A program made the position numbers and the translations under genes. From Salaquimonas sp. (GTDB lineage: Bacteria > Pseudomonadota > Alphaproteobacteria > Rhizobiales > Rhizobiaceae), in contig JBGSTD010000065.1 of assembly GCA_041736675.1 (NCBI GenBank), positions 895 through 64,894 of the forward strand: a stretch of DNA of 64,000 bases, given 5' to 3'. How positions within the stretch are numbered: the first letter of the stretch is position 1; every line of letters starts with the position of its first letter. Under the pieces are notes generated by a model, which made no database searches, was not told where the DNA came from, and was given only the letters and a program-made list of their open reading frames with translations. Below, in pieces: positions 19,497 through 28,414 of the stretch.

Positions 19497-19631
19497 TCAG
19501 AGTGACATTCCACCAAAACGGACGGAAGCCATTGATCCTGTTTCGCCTGGCATTGAACGAGAAAGACGCGCGCGGGCGAAGGTTGTGTTGATATTTGCGT
19601 TTGTTTTGCGTTTGAAAAAGAAGAATTTCAT
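19497..19631 (-). CDS. candidate small protein (44 aa), absent from the ORF track
   Basis: My translation is MKFFFFKRKTNANINTTFARARLSRSMPGETGSMASVRFGGMSL. GGAG lies 8 nt upstream of the ATG, and a strong intrinsic terminator lies directly downstream. I recognise no family. Confidence 0.4.
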   Translation of the reverse strand: MKFFFFKRKTNANINTTFARARLSRSMPGETGSMASVRFGGMSL

Positions 19632-19850
19632 GATTTTAACTCCATGTTATCGGTCTGAACACGAAGTCGCCTTTTCTGGCATTCCCTGGCTTTGATGCAT
19701 TGGTGTCGACTTTTTCAGTCTCTTCCAACCGCAACTCCCAAAGTGTCATATACGGGGCGGCTCTTGATCGCCATATAATCCTTGATTGGTATAATAACCA
19801 TTACTTTTTTTTGCTGGCAGGTGTGCAGAATTGACGCATCAGAAAAGCGG

Positions 19851-20570
19851 CTATATCTGTTCTAAAAACGGCCGAAAATCCAGCATGTTTTTGCCAATGA
19901 AATCCCAGCCTTCATCTGCTTCAAGGTCAAGCTTCTGGCTTGGTCCATACTCTGTCGGCCGGGCAAAAAAGCCGGTCATCAATCCGGCTTTTCTGGCAGC
20001 GACAAGATCGCTGTTATGCGCGGCAACCATCATCACATCACCGGGCTCAAGGCCGAGTGCTTTGCAGGAAGCCAAATAAACTTCCGGCTGAGGTTTGTAG
20101 TTCTTTGCAATTTCGGCACCCAAAATCGCATCCCAGTGAAATCCGGCATGGCGCGCAAGGTGAACCATCAATGCGATCGAACCATTTGAGCACGGCGCAA
20201 CAAGGCAGTGGTGACGGATGACGGTCAAACCCTGCAAAACATCACGCCAGGGCGGAAGTTGTTCCCATGCCTTGTTGAGTATGTCACGTTCACTTTGATT
20301 GAAATGAGATCCAAGGCCGGTTTTTTCAAGCACAATATCCAAATTTTCACGGTGCAGGATATCGAGCGGTACATAGTTCCGATTGCCTTGGCGAATACGT
20401 TGCATGGCGGGAAAATACTCTGCGCGCCAAAGATCGGCAAAGACAAATGGATCAAAAGTGACAGATTTTTCCTTGAACGTTTTGGCGCTGACCGCTGCCA
20501 CACCGGTTCGCCAATCAACCAGTGAACCAAAAACATCAAACAACATCGCTTTGGGTTTGTTAATCTTCAT
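19851..20570 (-). CDS. haloacid dehalogenase type II / HAD-superfamily hydrolase
   Basis: From ATG 20570 the protein reads MKINKPKAMLFDVFGSLVDW (DxxGS/T motif) and has the distal motif VMMVAAHNSDLVAARKAG. Confidence 0.7.
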   Translation of the reverse strand: MKINKPKAMLFDVFGSLVDWRTGVAAVSAKTFKEKSVTFDPFVFADLWRAEYFPAMQRIRQGNRNYVPLDILHRENLDIVLEKTGLGSHFNQSERDILNKAWEQLPPWRDVLQGLTVIRHHCLVAPCSNGSIALMVHLARHAGFHWDAILGAEIAKNYKPQPEVYLASCKALGLEPGDVMMVAAHNSDLVAARKAGLMTGFFARPTEYGPSQKLDLEADEGWDFIGKNMLDFRPFLEQI

Positions 20571-20670
20571 TGCACCAGAATAATGGACGCAACTGATTAG
20601 TAAACTGAAATCTGCCTGCCGCATGCGGGTTTGATGCGGCAGGTTATTGGACAATCACCTGCGAACTCCA

Positions 20671-21012
20671 TTAGCGTTTCTTTTTCTGAAGAGAGAGTTT
20701 CTGCAGTTCCAGCGCGGCATTTTGAGATAATGGCAGCCGACTTGCCCAGATCACATCGGAACGGGTAACTCCGATGTCATGCAGGATGTGATCATCAAGA
20801 GCGATCATGTGTTGAAATGCCTGACGGTCAATCCTGCGTTGACGCCAGATGCGCCATCCGGATTTGACAGCATTCAGTAATTTTCTGAATCCTGATGAGG
20901 GAAACCTGTCTTCAGTTGTGCTGCGGGTTTGATCTACGTCGGCTCGATGAAAGCCGACATGGCGGGCAATGGGATGAACCGGTGGGTATCCTGCAAATTT
21001 GTTGTTGAACAT
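20671..21012 (-). CDS. DUF1127 domain-containing protein (long N-terminal extension)
   Basis: The C-terminal core WRQRRIDRQAFQHMIALDDHILHDIGVTRSDV is DUF1127-like. ATG 21012 has an AAGGA SD. It is divergent from the LysR gene. Confidence 0.6.
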   Translation of the reverse strand: MFNNKFAGYPPVHPIARHVGFHRADVDQTRSTTEDRFPSSGFRKLLNAVKSGWRIWRQRRIDRQAFQHMIALDDHILHDIGVTRSDVIWASRLPLSQNAALELQKLSLQKKKR

Positions 21013-21138
21013 GGTCTTTTTCCTTTTTTTCGGCGTATTAGACCGCCTTTGGTTGACCACTGGACAATCGGCTAAAAACGTGTTTCAATCAAACGAATAG
21101 ATCTGATAGTATCTGTGATTTAATTTGAAAGATGGATC

Positions 21139-22029
21139 ATGAATGAAAATCACAACTCGCAATTGCCGCTACTTGACCTTGATTTGCTCAAGACACTGAT
21201 CGCCATTGCCGAAACAGGAAATTTTTCAGCCGCTGCAGAAGTGGTGTTTCGAACCCCATCGGCCGTTTCCATGCAGGTAAAGCGTATCGAGGAATTATTG
21301 GGCAGATCGGTTTTCAACCGGGACTCGCGTTCGGTAACGCTGACTTCCGATGGTGAGGAATTGCTGACTCATGCGCGCAGGATGCTCGCGATGAACCGCG
21401 AAATCATGGCCAAATTTATCACTCCTGATGTGGCGGGCATTGTGCGCATGGGCGCGCCGGATGATGCAGCCGAGCGACTGCTGCCTGATATGTTGCGCCG
21501 CTTTGCCCGGAGCCACCCATGCGTGGCGGTGGATGTGTTGGTGGAAAGTTCAACGACCCTTGTTGAAATGGTTAGAGAAAAGAAGCTGGATATGTCGATT
21601 ATCACCTGCGATGCGGCAAATACCGGGGAAATGAAGGTGGAAACGCTTATCGAGGAGCGGCTCGTTTGGGCAGGATTAAAAGGAGGAATTGCCGCTGAAC
21701 GGTTGCCATTGCCGATTTCTGTCTGGGAAGAGGGTTGTGTGTGGCGAAATGCTGGTATCAGTTCTCTTGAACAAGCTGGAATCGGCTACCGCGTGGCCTT
21801 TCAAAGCGCCAACATATCCGGACAGAAAGCCGCCATTCTGGCGGATCTGGCCGTTGCACCAATTCCGATATCAGCCTTGAATGATACAATCATTCAGGTT
21901 GGCAAAGGGAGACTGCCGCCGCTACCCAGTTATGCTCTTGGCCTTGTTGTTGCAGACGGTCTGTCCAGTCCGGCGCGGGCGGCGGTTGATCATTTGCGGG
22001 CAAGTTTCATAGCGCAAAAGGCTGCATGA
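21139..22029 (+). CDS. LysR family transcriptional regulator
   Basis: The N-terminal wHTH reads LLKTLIAIAETGNFSAAAEVVFRTPSAVSMQVKRIEELLG. At 296 aa it has the typical LysR length and co-inducer domain. Confidence 0.85.
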   Translation: MNENHNSQLPLLDLDLLKTLIAIAETGNFSAAAEVVFRTPSAVSMQVKRIEELLGRSVFNRDSRSVTLTSDGEELLTHARRMLAMNREIMAKFITPDVAGIVRMGAPDDAAERLLPDMLRRFARSHPCVAVDVLVESSTTLVEMVREKKLDMSIITCDAANTGEMKVETLIEERLVWAGLKGGIAAERLPLPISVWEEGCVWRNAGISSLEQAGIGYRVAFQSANISGQKAAILADLAVAPIPISALNDTIIQVGKGRLPPLPSYALGLVVADGLSSPARAAVDHLRASFIAQKAA

Positions 22030-22031
22030 TA

Positions 22032-23024
22032 TTATTTGCCTGCCAGTTGCTGCAGTTTTTCCCAGACGCTAGAAGCAATTTCCACTTCGTCTGACAAGAA
22101 CCGTTTCGTTCCGGGCAGGCGCGCGCCTTCCTGTTCCTCTATCGCCAGCGAGAACCGTTCAATCCGGTCCCAGAATGTATCTCCGGAATAAGTGCGCGGG
22201 TCGAGAATGAAATAGAACTGGCCAAAATCATGGGGCGGACCCTCGCGTAGTTTGAGATTGTGCGAGTCCAGGGAATTGACAGAGCCGGTTATAGCTGCCG
22301 CCAGAACTTCCGCCATCAATCCAAATCCGAAGCCCTTGTAGCCTCCGGTCGAAACCAATGATCCCTTGAGCGCCTCACCGGGATCTGTTGTCGGGTTACC
22401 CTCACAATCCACCGCCCATCCCAGTGGAATTTTGGTGCCAGCCTCTTTTGCCATGGTGATTTTACCCAGTGCAATCGTGCTTGTTGACTGGTCAAACTGA
22501 AAAGCAATGCCACCATTTCTTGCTGGAACAGCCATCGCGATCGGGTTCGTGCCCAATACGGCCTTTGTCCCGCCGGGCGGTGAGACAACGGCGGAGGCAT
22601 TGGTGAAACCGATACCGACAAATCCGGCCTCAGCGATTTGTTCGGTGAAATAACCCAGGGAGGTGCAGGTGTGTGCATGTGCTATGGCGAGCGATGCGGT
22701 TCCGTTTTGGCGGGCAGTATCCAGTGCTGACGGCAAGCCTCTGGCAAAAGCGGATTGGGCAAAACCGTATTTTGCGTCAACAAGAACGCTTCCCGGTTTG
22801 GGTTTGGAGACAACAGGTTCCACACTGCCGTCAACCCTGCCGGAATCAAGTTGGAGACAATAGCTTTCGAGATAATAAAGACCGCAAATCACATTGGCTG
22901 TCGCTTCCGCCTTGCGGACGGCTTTTGCAACCTCTCGCGCAATCCACGGTTTCGCGCCATGGGCAACGAGTGCCTGATTTGTTTTTGTTTCAATTACATC
23001 GAGAGAAATCTTTATCCTGTTCAT
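22032..23024 (-). CDS. Ldh2-family (malate/L-lactate dehydrogenase type 2) oxidoreductase
   Basis: 330 aa from ATG 23024, with a GGGAG SD. It has family-typical segments (LAIAHAHTCTSLGYF, GTNPIAMAVPA, GGYKGFGFGLMAEVLAAAITGS). It is the last gene of the minus-strand corrinoid operon. Confidence 0.7.
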   Translation of the reverse strand: MNRIKISLDVIETKTNQALVAHGAKPWIAREVAKAVRKAEATANVICGLYYLESYCLQLDSGRVDGSVEPVVSKPKPGSVLVDAKYGFAQSAFARGLPSALDTARQNGTASLAIAHAHTCTSLGYFTEQIAEAGFVGIGFTNASAVVSPPGGTKAVLGTNPIAMAVPARNGGIAFQFDQSTSTIALGKITMAKEAGTKIPLGWAVDCEGNPTTDPGEALKGSLVSTGGYKGFGFGLMAEVLAAAITGSVNSLDSHNLKLREGPPHDFGQFYFILDPRTYSGDTFWDRIERFSLAIEEQEGARLPGTKRFLSDEVEIASSVWEKLQQLAGK

Positions 23025-23052
23025 TGATCGCTCCCGATGTGTTTCAGTTGTG

Positions 23053-25098
23053 TCAACCCCGGCGGGCACGGCCACCGCGACGGCGCGGGGAGCCATCGTC
23101 AACCTCGCCATCCGCCATCAGTTGTCTTTCAGGCAGTTTAACCTGGGTTGCCAGTTTTGGGAATGGTTCGGCTTTGTTGGGGAGCGCCATTGCATTGACA
23201 AAATGGCGCTGGAAATCCGGTTCAAGAGCCGTTTCGATTTTTTCGATTCTTGTAACTGTAACTTCAATTTCGCGACGATAATCGCGGTTGAGAAGCGCCA
23301 TCTTAGCGCCATAGCCTGCGGCATTGCCCACGGCCTTGACGTGGTCCAGATCGCAGTCGGGAATAAGCCCGAGAACCATCGCATATTTGGGGTCTATGAA
23401 AGTTCCAAAGGCTCCGGCAAAGCTGATGCTGTCAACCTCGGTGATGCCCATCTTGTCCATCAGCAATTTTATGCCTGCATAAAGGGCTGCCTTTGCAAGC
23501 TGGATGGCGCGTACATCGGTTTGGCGGATGATGAGTTCCTGCTGGCCGCGCCAGAGGACATAGGAGAAGGTTCGCCCTTCCTGAATGATCCTGTCGGAAC
23601 GCCCGGACAGTTTACCGTCAATAACGCCGTCTTCGGAAATAATGCCGCAAAGAAACATTTCCGCGACAACCTCGATGATTGCGGAGCCGCAAACCCCTGT
23701 TACGCCAATAGCCGAAACAGAGTCTGCAAACCCTTCCTCGTCTGACCACAGTGTGCTGCCAATAACCCTTACTTTTGGTTCCAGGGTGACGGGGTCTATG
23801 CGGACGCGTTCGATTGCTCCAGGCGCTGCGCGCTGTCCACAGGATATTTCAGCGCCTTCGAAGGCAGGGCCTGTTGGGGAGGATGCTGCCACTACATGGT
23901 TGCGGTTGCCTAGCACTATCTCGGCATTGGTGCCGACGTCCACCACCAGCATCTGCTTGTCCTGGCGGTGCGGTCCCTCGCTCAAGGTTACTGCCGCCGC
24001 ATCCGCACCGACATGGCCGGCAATACAGGGCAGCATATAGACCCTTGCGCCATCATTGGCTATAAGGTCCAGCGATTTGGCAGTGGTGTTGACACGGCCC
24101 GATACGGCCAGCGCAAAGGGAGCGCCGCCCAGTTCAGTCGGGTCAATGCCGAGAAAAAGATGATGCATGATCGGATTGCCTACGAACACCATGTCAAGGA
24201 TATCGTGGCGGTCGACCTTGGTCTCTTCACACACATTGCCAATCAATGTGTTAAGCGCCTCGCGCACGGCAATTGTCATGCCTTCGCGGCCTTCGGGGTT
24301 CATCATCACGTAGGACACGCGGCTCATCAAATCTTCGCCAAAACGGATTTGCGGATTGGATGTGCCGGACGATGCGATGGTGAGGCCTGATAGAAGCGAG
24401 ACGAGATGCAGGGCAATGGTTGTTGACCCTATATCGCAGGCAATGCCATATGCTTCGTTTTTCAGGCCGGGATAGACAGCGATAACTCGCGGGCGCGCAG
24501 CATCTTCATCATGATGGATCGCAACTGTGACCTTCCAGTTACCGGCACGAAGCACTTTCTGGATGGTCGGAAGAATGTCGAAATCGACCTCGATGTTTTT
24601 GCAACCCCAATCAGCTTCGAGGGCATGCATCATCCGGTCAAAGTCGCCGAGCGGCTTGTGCATGTCAGGCTCTTCAACTTCGACATAACACATGTGGATT
24701 GCCGGACGGCGGTCGATATGGCGGCCATCGTCGACCTTGCGAACGACCTGCGCGTTGATCTGCAGGTCCTGCGGAATGTCAATAACAAGATCACCCTCAA
24801 TATAGGATGAGCAGGAAAGACGCCGTCCGCCTTTTAGTTCGCGTTTCTCAGCGTAACGGATTTCCTTGGGGCCAAGGGGCGAGATGTGGTCATTGGAGGA
24901 GGTAATGCCATGCTTGGCAAATTTGCCTTCCTGAACATCACACTGGCAGCGGCCGCATATTCCACGCCCGCCGCAAACCGACTCGACATAGACCCCAAGT
25001 TCGCGCGCCGCATCTATGACGGCCGTGCCTTTTGCAAAGCGGCCACGCTTTCCGGACGGCATGAAGAGGACGAGGGGGTCTTTTGGTTTGTCGAGCAT
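23053..25098 (-). CDS. corrinoid reductive activase (RamA/RACo-like: N-terminal 2Fe-2S ferredoxin domain plus ASKHA/DUF4445 ATPase)
   Basis: 681 aa. The 2Fe-2S motif is CGGRGICGRCQC. The ASKHA segments are GIACDIGSTTIALHL and VVDVGTNAEIVLG. The Arg-rich C-terminus reads SPRRRGGRARRG. Confidence 0.8.
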   Translation of the reverse strand: MLDKPKDPLVLFMPSGKRGRFAKGTAVIDAARELGVYVESVCGGRGICGRCQCDVQEGKFAKHGITSSNDHISPLGPKEIRYAEKRELKGGRRLSCSSYIEGDLVIDIPQDLQINAQVVRKVDDGRHIDRRPAIHMCYVEVEEPDMHKPLGDFDRMMHALEADWGCKNIEVDFDILPTIQKVLRAGNWKVTVAIHHDEDAARPRVIAVYPGLKNEAYGIACDIGSTTIALHLVSLLSGLTIASSGTSNPQIRFGEDLMSRVSYVMMNPEGREGMTIAVREALNTLIGNVCEETKVDRHDILDMVFVGNPIMHHLFLGIDPTELGGAPFALAVSGRVNTTAKSLDLIANDGARVYMLPCIAGHVGADAAAVTLSEGPHRQDKQMLVVDVGTNAEIVLGNRNHVVAASSPTGPAFEGAEISCGQRAAPGAIERVRIDPVTLEPKVRVIGSTLWSDEEGFADSVSAIGVTGVCGSAIIEVVAEMFLCGIISEDGVIDGKLSGRSDRIIQEGRTFSYVLWRGQQELIIRQTDVRAIQLAKAALYAGIKLLMDKMGITEVDSISFAGAFGTFIDPKYAMVLGLIPDCDLDHVKAVGNAAGYGAKMALLNRDYRREIEVTVTRIEKIETALEPDFQRHFVNAMALPNKAEPFPKLATQVKLPERQLMADGEVDDGSPRRRGGRARRG

Positions 25099-25122
25099 TT
25101 TTGCTTTCTTCAGGTTAGCTGA

Positions 25123-26208
25123 TTAACCCCGGGCGCGACCGACACGGCCGCTCGCGGCACGTCGTCCGCGGGCGCCGCCGAGTGCAGCATCAGGGTCACG
25201 GTTGAAGGCGATCCAGGCAGCACCGCCGTCATCCTGGTTAAGCAGGAAGTTTGCCGCGCGAATGGATTCCATCTCCTTGCCCGGGCGGGGTCTTGTCGAG
25301 CCCAGTCCAAACAGTTTGACGAATGTTTCATCGTCCATATCCAGGGGAACCACAATACCTGCCGCTTCAACAGCCGCTCTTTTTTCAGCAATCTTTGATG
25401 CGCCCACAGGCAGGGCAACCGGGTTCATGATTGCGCTTGTCATGCCGGCCGCATAGGCCATCGGCAAAAACGCATTGTTGATGCCGTGACGGTTTGGCAA
25501 TCCGAAAGAGATATTGGATGCGCCGCAGGTTGTGTTGACACCCAGTTCTTCACGAAGACGGCGAACCAGCGTGAACACCTGGTGACCGGCTGTGGCCATG
25601 GCGCCGATTGGCATGACCAGCGGATCAACCACGATGTCATGTGCCGGAATGCCGAAATCGGCGGCACGCTGGACGATCTTCTTGGCAACAGCAAAGCGTA
25701 CTTCAGGATCTTCCGAGATGCCGCTGTCATCATTGGAAATTGCTACAACCGCAACATTGTATTTCTTGATGAGCGGCAGAACGCGTTCGAGGCGCTCTTC
25801 TTCTCCAGTCACGGAGTTGACGAGCGGGCGGCCTTTTGCGGTTCTCAAACCTGCTTCAAGCGCACCGGGAACAGAAGAGTCGATGCATAGCGGACAATCT
25901 GTAACCGCCTGGACAGTCTCAATCAGTTTCGGCATGAGCATGGGCTCGACAAAGTTGTTGTCGGCATAACGTGGATCAGCTGCCATCTTGCCGGAAAATA
26001 CCGCTCCAGAATTGATATCGAGAATGGTGGCACCTGCCTCGACCTGGGCAATCGCATCTGCTTCGACGCGCGAGAAGTCATCACGCTCGAGTTCCTCGTT
26101 CAAAATTTTGCGGCCAGTCGGGTTGATGCGCTCACCGATAACGCAAAAAGGCTGGTCAAAACCGATGATAACTTCTTTGGTTTGGGACGCTACGAGGGTA
26201 TGTGTCAT
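25123..26208 (-). CDS. methyltetrahydrofolate:corrinoid methyltransferase (pterin-binding, MtrH/AcsE/MtgA-like)
   Basis: From ATG 26208 (GGAG SD) the pterin-binding barrel motifs are VIGERINPTGRK, ILDINSG and CGASNISFGLPNR. The Arg/Gly-rich C-terminus reads GGARGRRAASGRVGRARG. Confidence 0.8.
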   Translation of the reverse strand: MTHTLVASQTKEVIIGFDQPFCVIGERINPTGRKILNEELERDDFSRVEADAIAQVEAGATILDINSGAVFSGKMAADPRYADNNFVEPMLMPKLIETVQAVTDCPLCIDSSVPGALEAGLRTAKGRPLVNSVTGEEERLERVLPLIKKYNVAVVAISNDDSGISEDPEVRFAVAKKIVQRAADFGIPAHDIVVDPLVMPIGAMATAGHQVFTLVRRLREELGVNTTCGASNISFGLPNRHGINNAFLPMAYAAGMTSAIMNPVALPVGASKIAEKRAAVEAAGIVVPLDMDDETFVKLFGLGSTRPRPGKEMESIRAANFLLNQDDGGAAWIAFNRDPDAALGGARGRRAASGRVGRARG

Positions 26209-26223
26209 TCTGGTTCTCCAATG

Positions 26224-26243
26224 ATATAAAGAGTTCTTTATAT
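26224..26243. promoter_or_regulatory. 20-bp AT-rich palindrome ATATAAAGAGTTCTTTATAT (candidate operator), copy 1
   Basis: It has 9-bp inverted arms with a 2-nt spacer and lies 15 nt upstream of the methyl-THF methyltransferase ATG. It matches the copy at 34683-34702 at 19 of 20 positions. A tandem CTTTATAT repeat follows. Confidence 0.6.
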
Positions 26244-26276
26244 CTTTATATGATCTGTTACAAGCTTTGATCGCAA

Positions 26277-27359
26277 TCAATGTGTGATCTTGTCGACAAT
26301 CTGCTGCGGGGTTTGTGGTTTTGCATCGCCGCTCTCAATGCGATCCTGGATCATCGCCGCATCCACCGCTGCCTCGCGTTTCCACGGCTTGCGGCCTCTT
26401 AGTACGCCAGATTCTGCAACGATTTCAGCAACATATTCTTCCTGTCGGTAGGCCATGATATGGACGCCGTGAACGCCTTCGATTTCCTTGACCTCGTTCA
26501 TGATGTCGATGCAAAGCTGTTTTCCTTCGGCTTTCTGGTCTTGCGCGCCTTCAAGACGTTCTATGATCGCATCGGGAATATGAATGCCGGGAACATTTGA
26601 GCGGATCCATTTGGCGGTTTTGGCAGAGGCGAGGGGGCCGACACCGCAAAGAATAAAGCACTCCTTGTCGAGGCCGAGATCGCGCACTTTCTTCATGTAC
26701 TCACGGAACATGGGCACATCAAAGCAATATTGGCTTTGAACAAATTGCGCACCGGCGGCGATTTTCTTGGCAAGTCGTTGCGGGCGAAAATCATATGGCG
26801 GCGCAAAAGGGTTGATTGCTGCGCCGAGGAACAGGTGTGGCGGTGTCGTCAGTTTGCGCCCGGAGAGAAACTTTGATTCATCGCGCATGGTGCGGATGGT
26901 TTCTAGAAGCGACATGCAGTCAAGGTCAAATACCGGCTTAGCTCCTGGCTGATCCCCTGCCTGCACGCCATCGCCGGTCAGACACAGGACATTTTGCACG
27001 CCCATGGCTGAGGCGCCCAACACATCGCCCTGAATTGCAATGCGGTTTTTATCGCGGCAGGAAATCTGCAGAATTGGCGCATAGCCCATGCGGGTCAGCA
27101 GGGCGCAAATGCCGGTTGAAGACATATGGCAATTGGCACCTGACGCATCAACAGCATTGATACCGTCCACCCAGCCGTCGAAAATTGCCGCGCGTTCGTA
27201 AACATCGAGCGGGTTGGCGCTGTCAGGCGGGTTGAGTTCGGTTGTTACGGCAAATTCACCACGACGCAACACGCGTTCCAGCCTGCCCCGGGAAGAGTGA
27301 CCGGGCAGAGGGTCTAGCGGAGCACCAGGATCAAGGGGGTTAAGGTCCATCTGGCTCAC
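26277..27359 (-). CDS. metF: methylenetetrahydrofolate reductase (MetF, MetFV type)
   Basis: 360 aa. The MTHFR barrel motifs are FAVTTELNPP, INAVDASGANCHMSS and LCLTGDG. The start overlaps the MetV stop by 4 nt (ATGA). Confidence 0.85.
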   Translation of the reverse strand: MSQMDLNPLDPGAPLDPLPGHSSRGRLERVLRRGEFAVTTELNPPDSANPLDVYERAAIFDGWVDGINAVDASGANCHMSSTGICALLTRMGYAPILQISCRDKNRIAIQGDVLGASAMGVQNVLCLTGDGVQAGDQPGAKPVFDLDCMSLLETIRTMRDESKFLSGRKLTTPPHLFLGAAINPFAPPYDFRPQRLAKKIAAGAQFVQSQYCFDVPMFREYMKKVRDLGLDKECFILCGVGPLASAKTAKWIRSNVPGIHIPDAIIERLEGAQDQKAEGKQLCIDIMNEVKEIEGVHGVHIMAYRQEEYVAEIVAESGVLRGRKPWKREAAVDAAMIQDRIESGDAKPQTPQQIVDKITH

Positions 27360-27952
27360 TGGTTTGTCTCCATGTTTGCAGCTTTGGCAGCTTCACGCGT
27401 CGCTGCTGCCTGCGCTGTTACCCGCAACCAGGAGGAAGTTTCCCGCAAAGACTGATCGACAGGCTTTTGAACGTTGAAAATGGCCGTGTTGTCGCGCATT
27501 TGCTGCGAGCCTTTCCAGGCCTGAACCCAGACACACGGCATATCAGGTTCGACTTCGCAGTTTCCATTGGCGCGCACACCGCCGCAAGGGCCATTGCGAA
27601 GCTGCTTGGGGCAATTCATCGGGCAGGACATGCCGGTGGATGACAGTGCGCACTGGCCGCACATGCGGCAGTCAAACATCAGGCCTTTGACGTGTTTTTC
27701 GAGAAAGGTTACCGGTCCTTCGGCCCTGTGATAGCCCACCATTTTCCAAATTGGGTCAAGCATCAGAAAGGCATCGGCAAACTTCTTGTAGAACCATTCG
27801 AGGAACCTTGAATGACGAACCGACCACAGGCGGATCGAATAGCTGCGCTGGCGGCGGTTTGCGCTGACACCAGCGGGCTTGAATGCCGTTTTGGGTGCAG
27901 CCTTTTTGACCAGCGTCGCCTGGGTCACTTTTGCATTCGGTTCAGAGCTCAT
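27356..27952 (-). CDS. methylenetetrahydrofolate reductase C-terminal domain-containing protein (MetV-like, Cys-rich)
   Basis: The Cys-rich run is CRMCGQCALSSTGMSCPMNCPKQLRNGPCGGVRANGNCEVEPDMPCVW. It is translationally coupled to metF. Confidence 0.75.
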   Translation of the reverse strand: MSSEPNAKVTQATLVKKAAPKTAFKPAGVSANRRQRSYSIRLWSVRHSRFLEWFYKKFADAFLMLDPIWKMVGYHRAEGPVTFLEKHVKGLMFDCRMCGQCALSSTGMSCPMNCPKQLRNGPCGGVRANGNCEVEPDMPCVWVQAWKGSQQMRDNTAIFNVQKPVDQSLRETSSWLRVTAQAAATREAAKAANMETNQ

Positions 27953-27985
27953 CGCTTTTCCAGTTCCAGCGTTGATGCTTGTGCA

Positions 27986-28288
27986 TCAGGTTTCACGGCC
28001 TTCGGTTTTGATCAGAGCAATCAATCGCTCCCTCGTATATTCATTTTCAAGATCGGCAGCGGCTTTCTCGGCTTCCGCTTCGAGGTCATCGCTGACCTCG
28101 ACAGGTTCCGATTTACGCCATTGGGCGAGATACTCGTCTGTTTCGGCGGCACCTGAGCGCATTGCACACATGTCGATTGCCTCAATAAAGCGCAGCGACA
28201 ACTCACGCTTGGCCAGATTGCGCCTGCCTGCCTTGACAGTCAGGGAAGCAGGAATATCCCGCCAGTAAACGATTTGCAGCTGTGCCAT
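27986..28288 (-). CDS. small acidic protein, probably of the 'virulence factor' domain family often annotated next to metF/metV in alphaproteobacteria
   Basis: 100 aa from ATG 28288 (GAGG SD): MAQLQIVYWRDIPASLTVKAGRR...DDLEAEAEKAAADLENEY. The family assignment is from memory only. Confidence 0.4.
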   Translation of the reverse strand: MAQLQIVYWRDIPASLTVKAGRRNLAKRELSLRFIEAIDMCAMRSGAAETDEYLAQWRKSEPVEVSDDLEAEAEKAAADLENEYTRERLIALIKTEGRET

Positions 28289-28414
28289 AAACGACCTCTC
28301 GAATTTCGGCTGACAATGTTGGAAAGCCTTGGTTTTTGCTGCGCCGCTAACGACGCACACAGGAATAAAAACGACTCCGGTTTTTGGTGAAGCAAGACTG
28401 GCAGTCTGATGCCC

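Noticed and set aside
19497-19631. Phe-codon attenuator interpretation of the 44-codon ORF (FFFF after Met-Lys)
   Set aside because: The Phe run is at the very start of a long peptide, far from the terminator. No alternative antiterminator pairing is evident, and the downstream gene is a regulator, not a Phe biosynthesis gene. I keep it only as a remote possibility.
23050-23745. 231-aa plus-strand ORF
   Set aside because: It is antisense to the activase and the Ldh2-family start, and has no motifs. The long ORFs at 39035-39835, 39839-40600, 44480-45280, 13734-14297, 51715-52302 and 56302-56904 were rejected for the same reason; all oppose well-supported genes.
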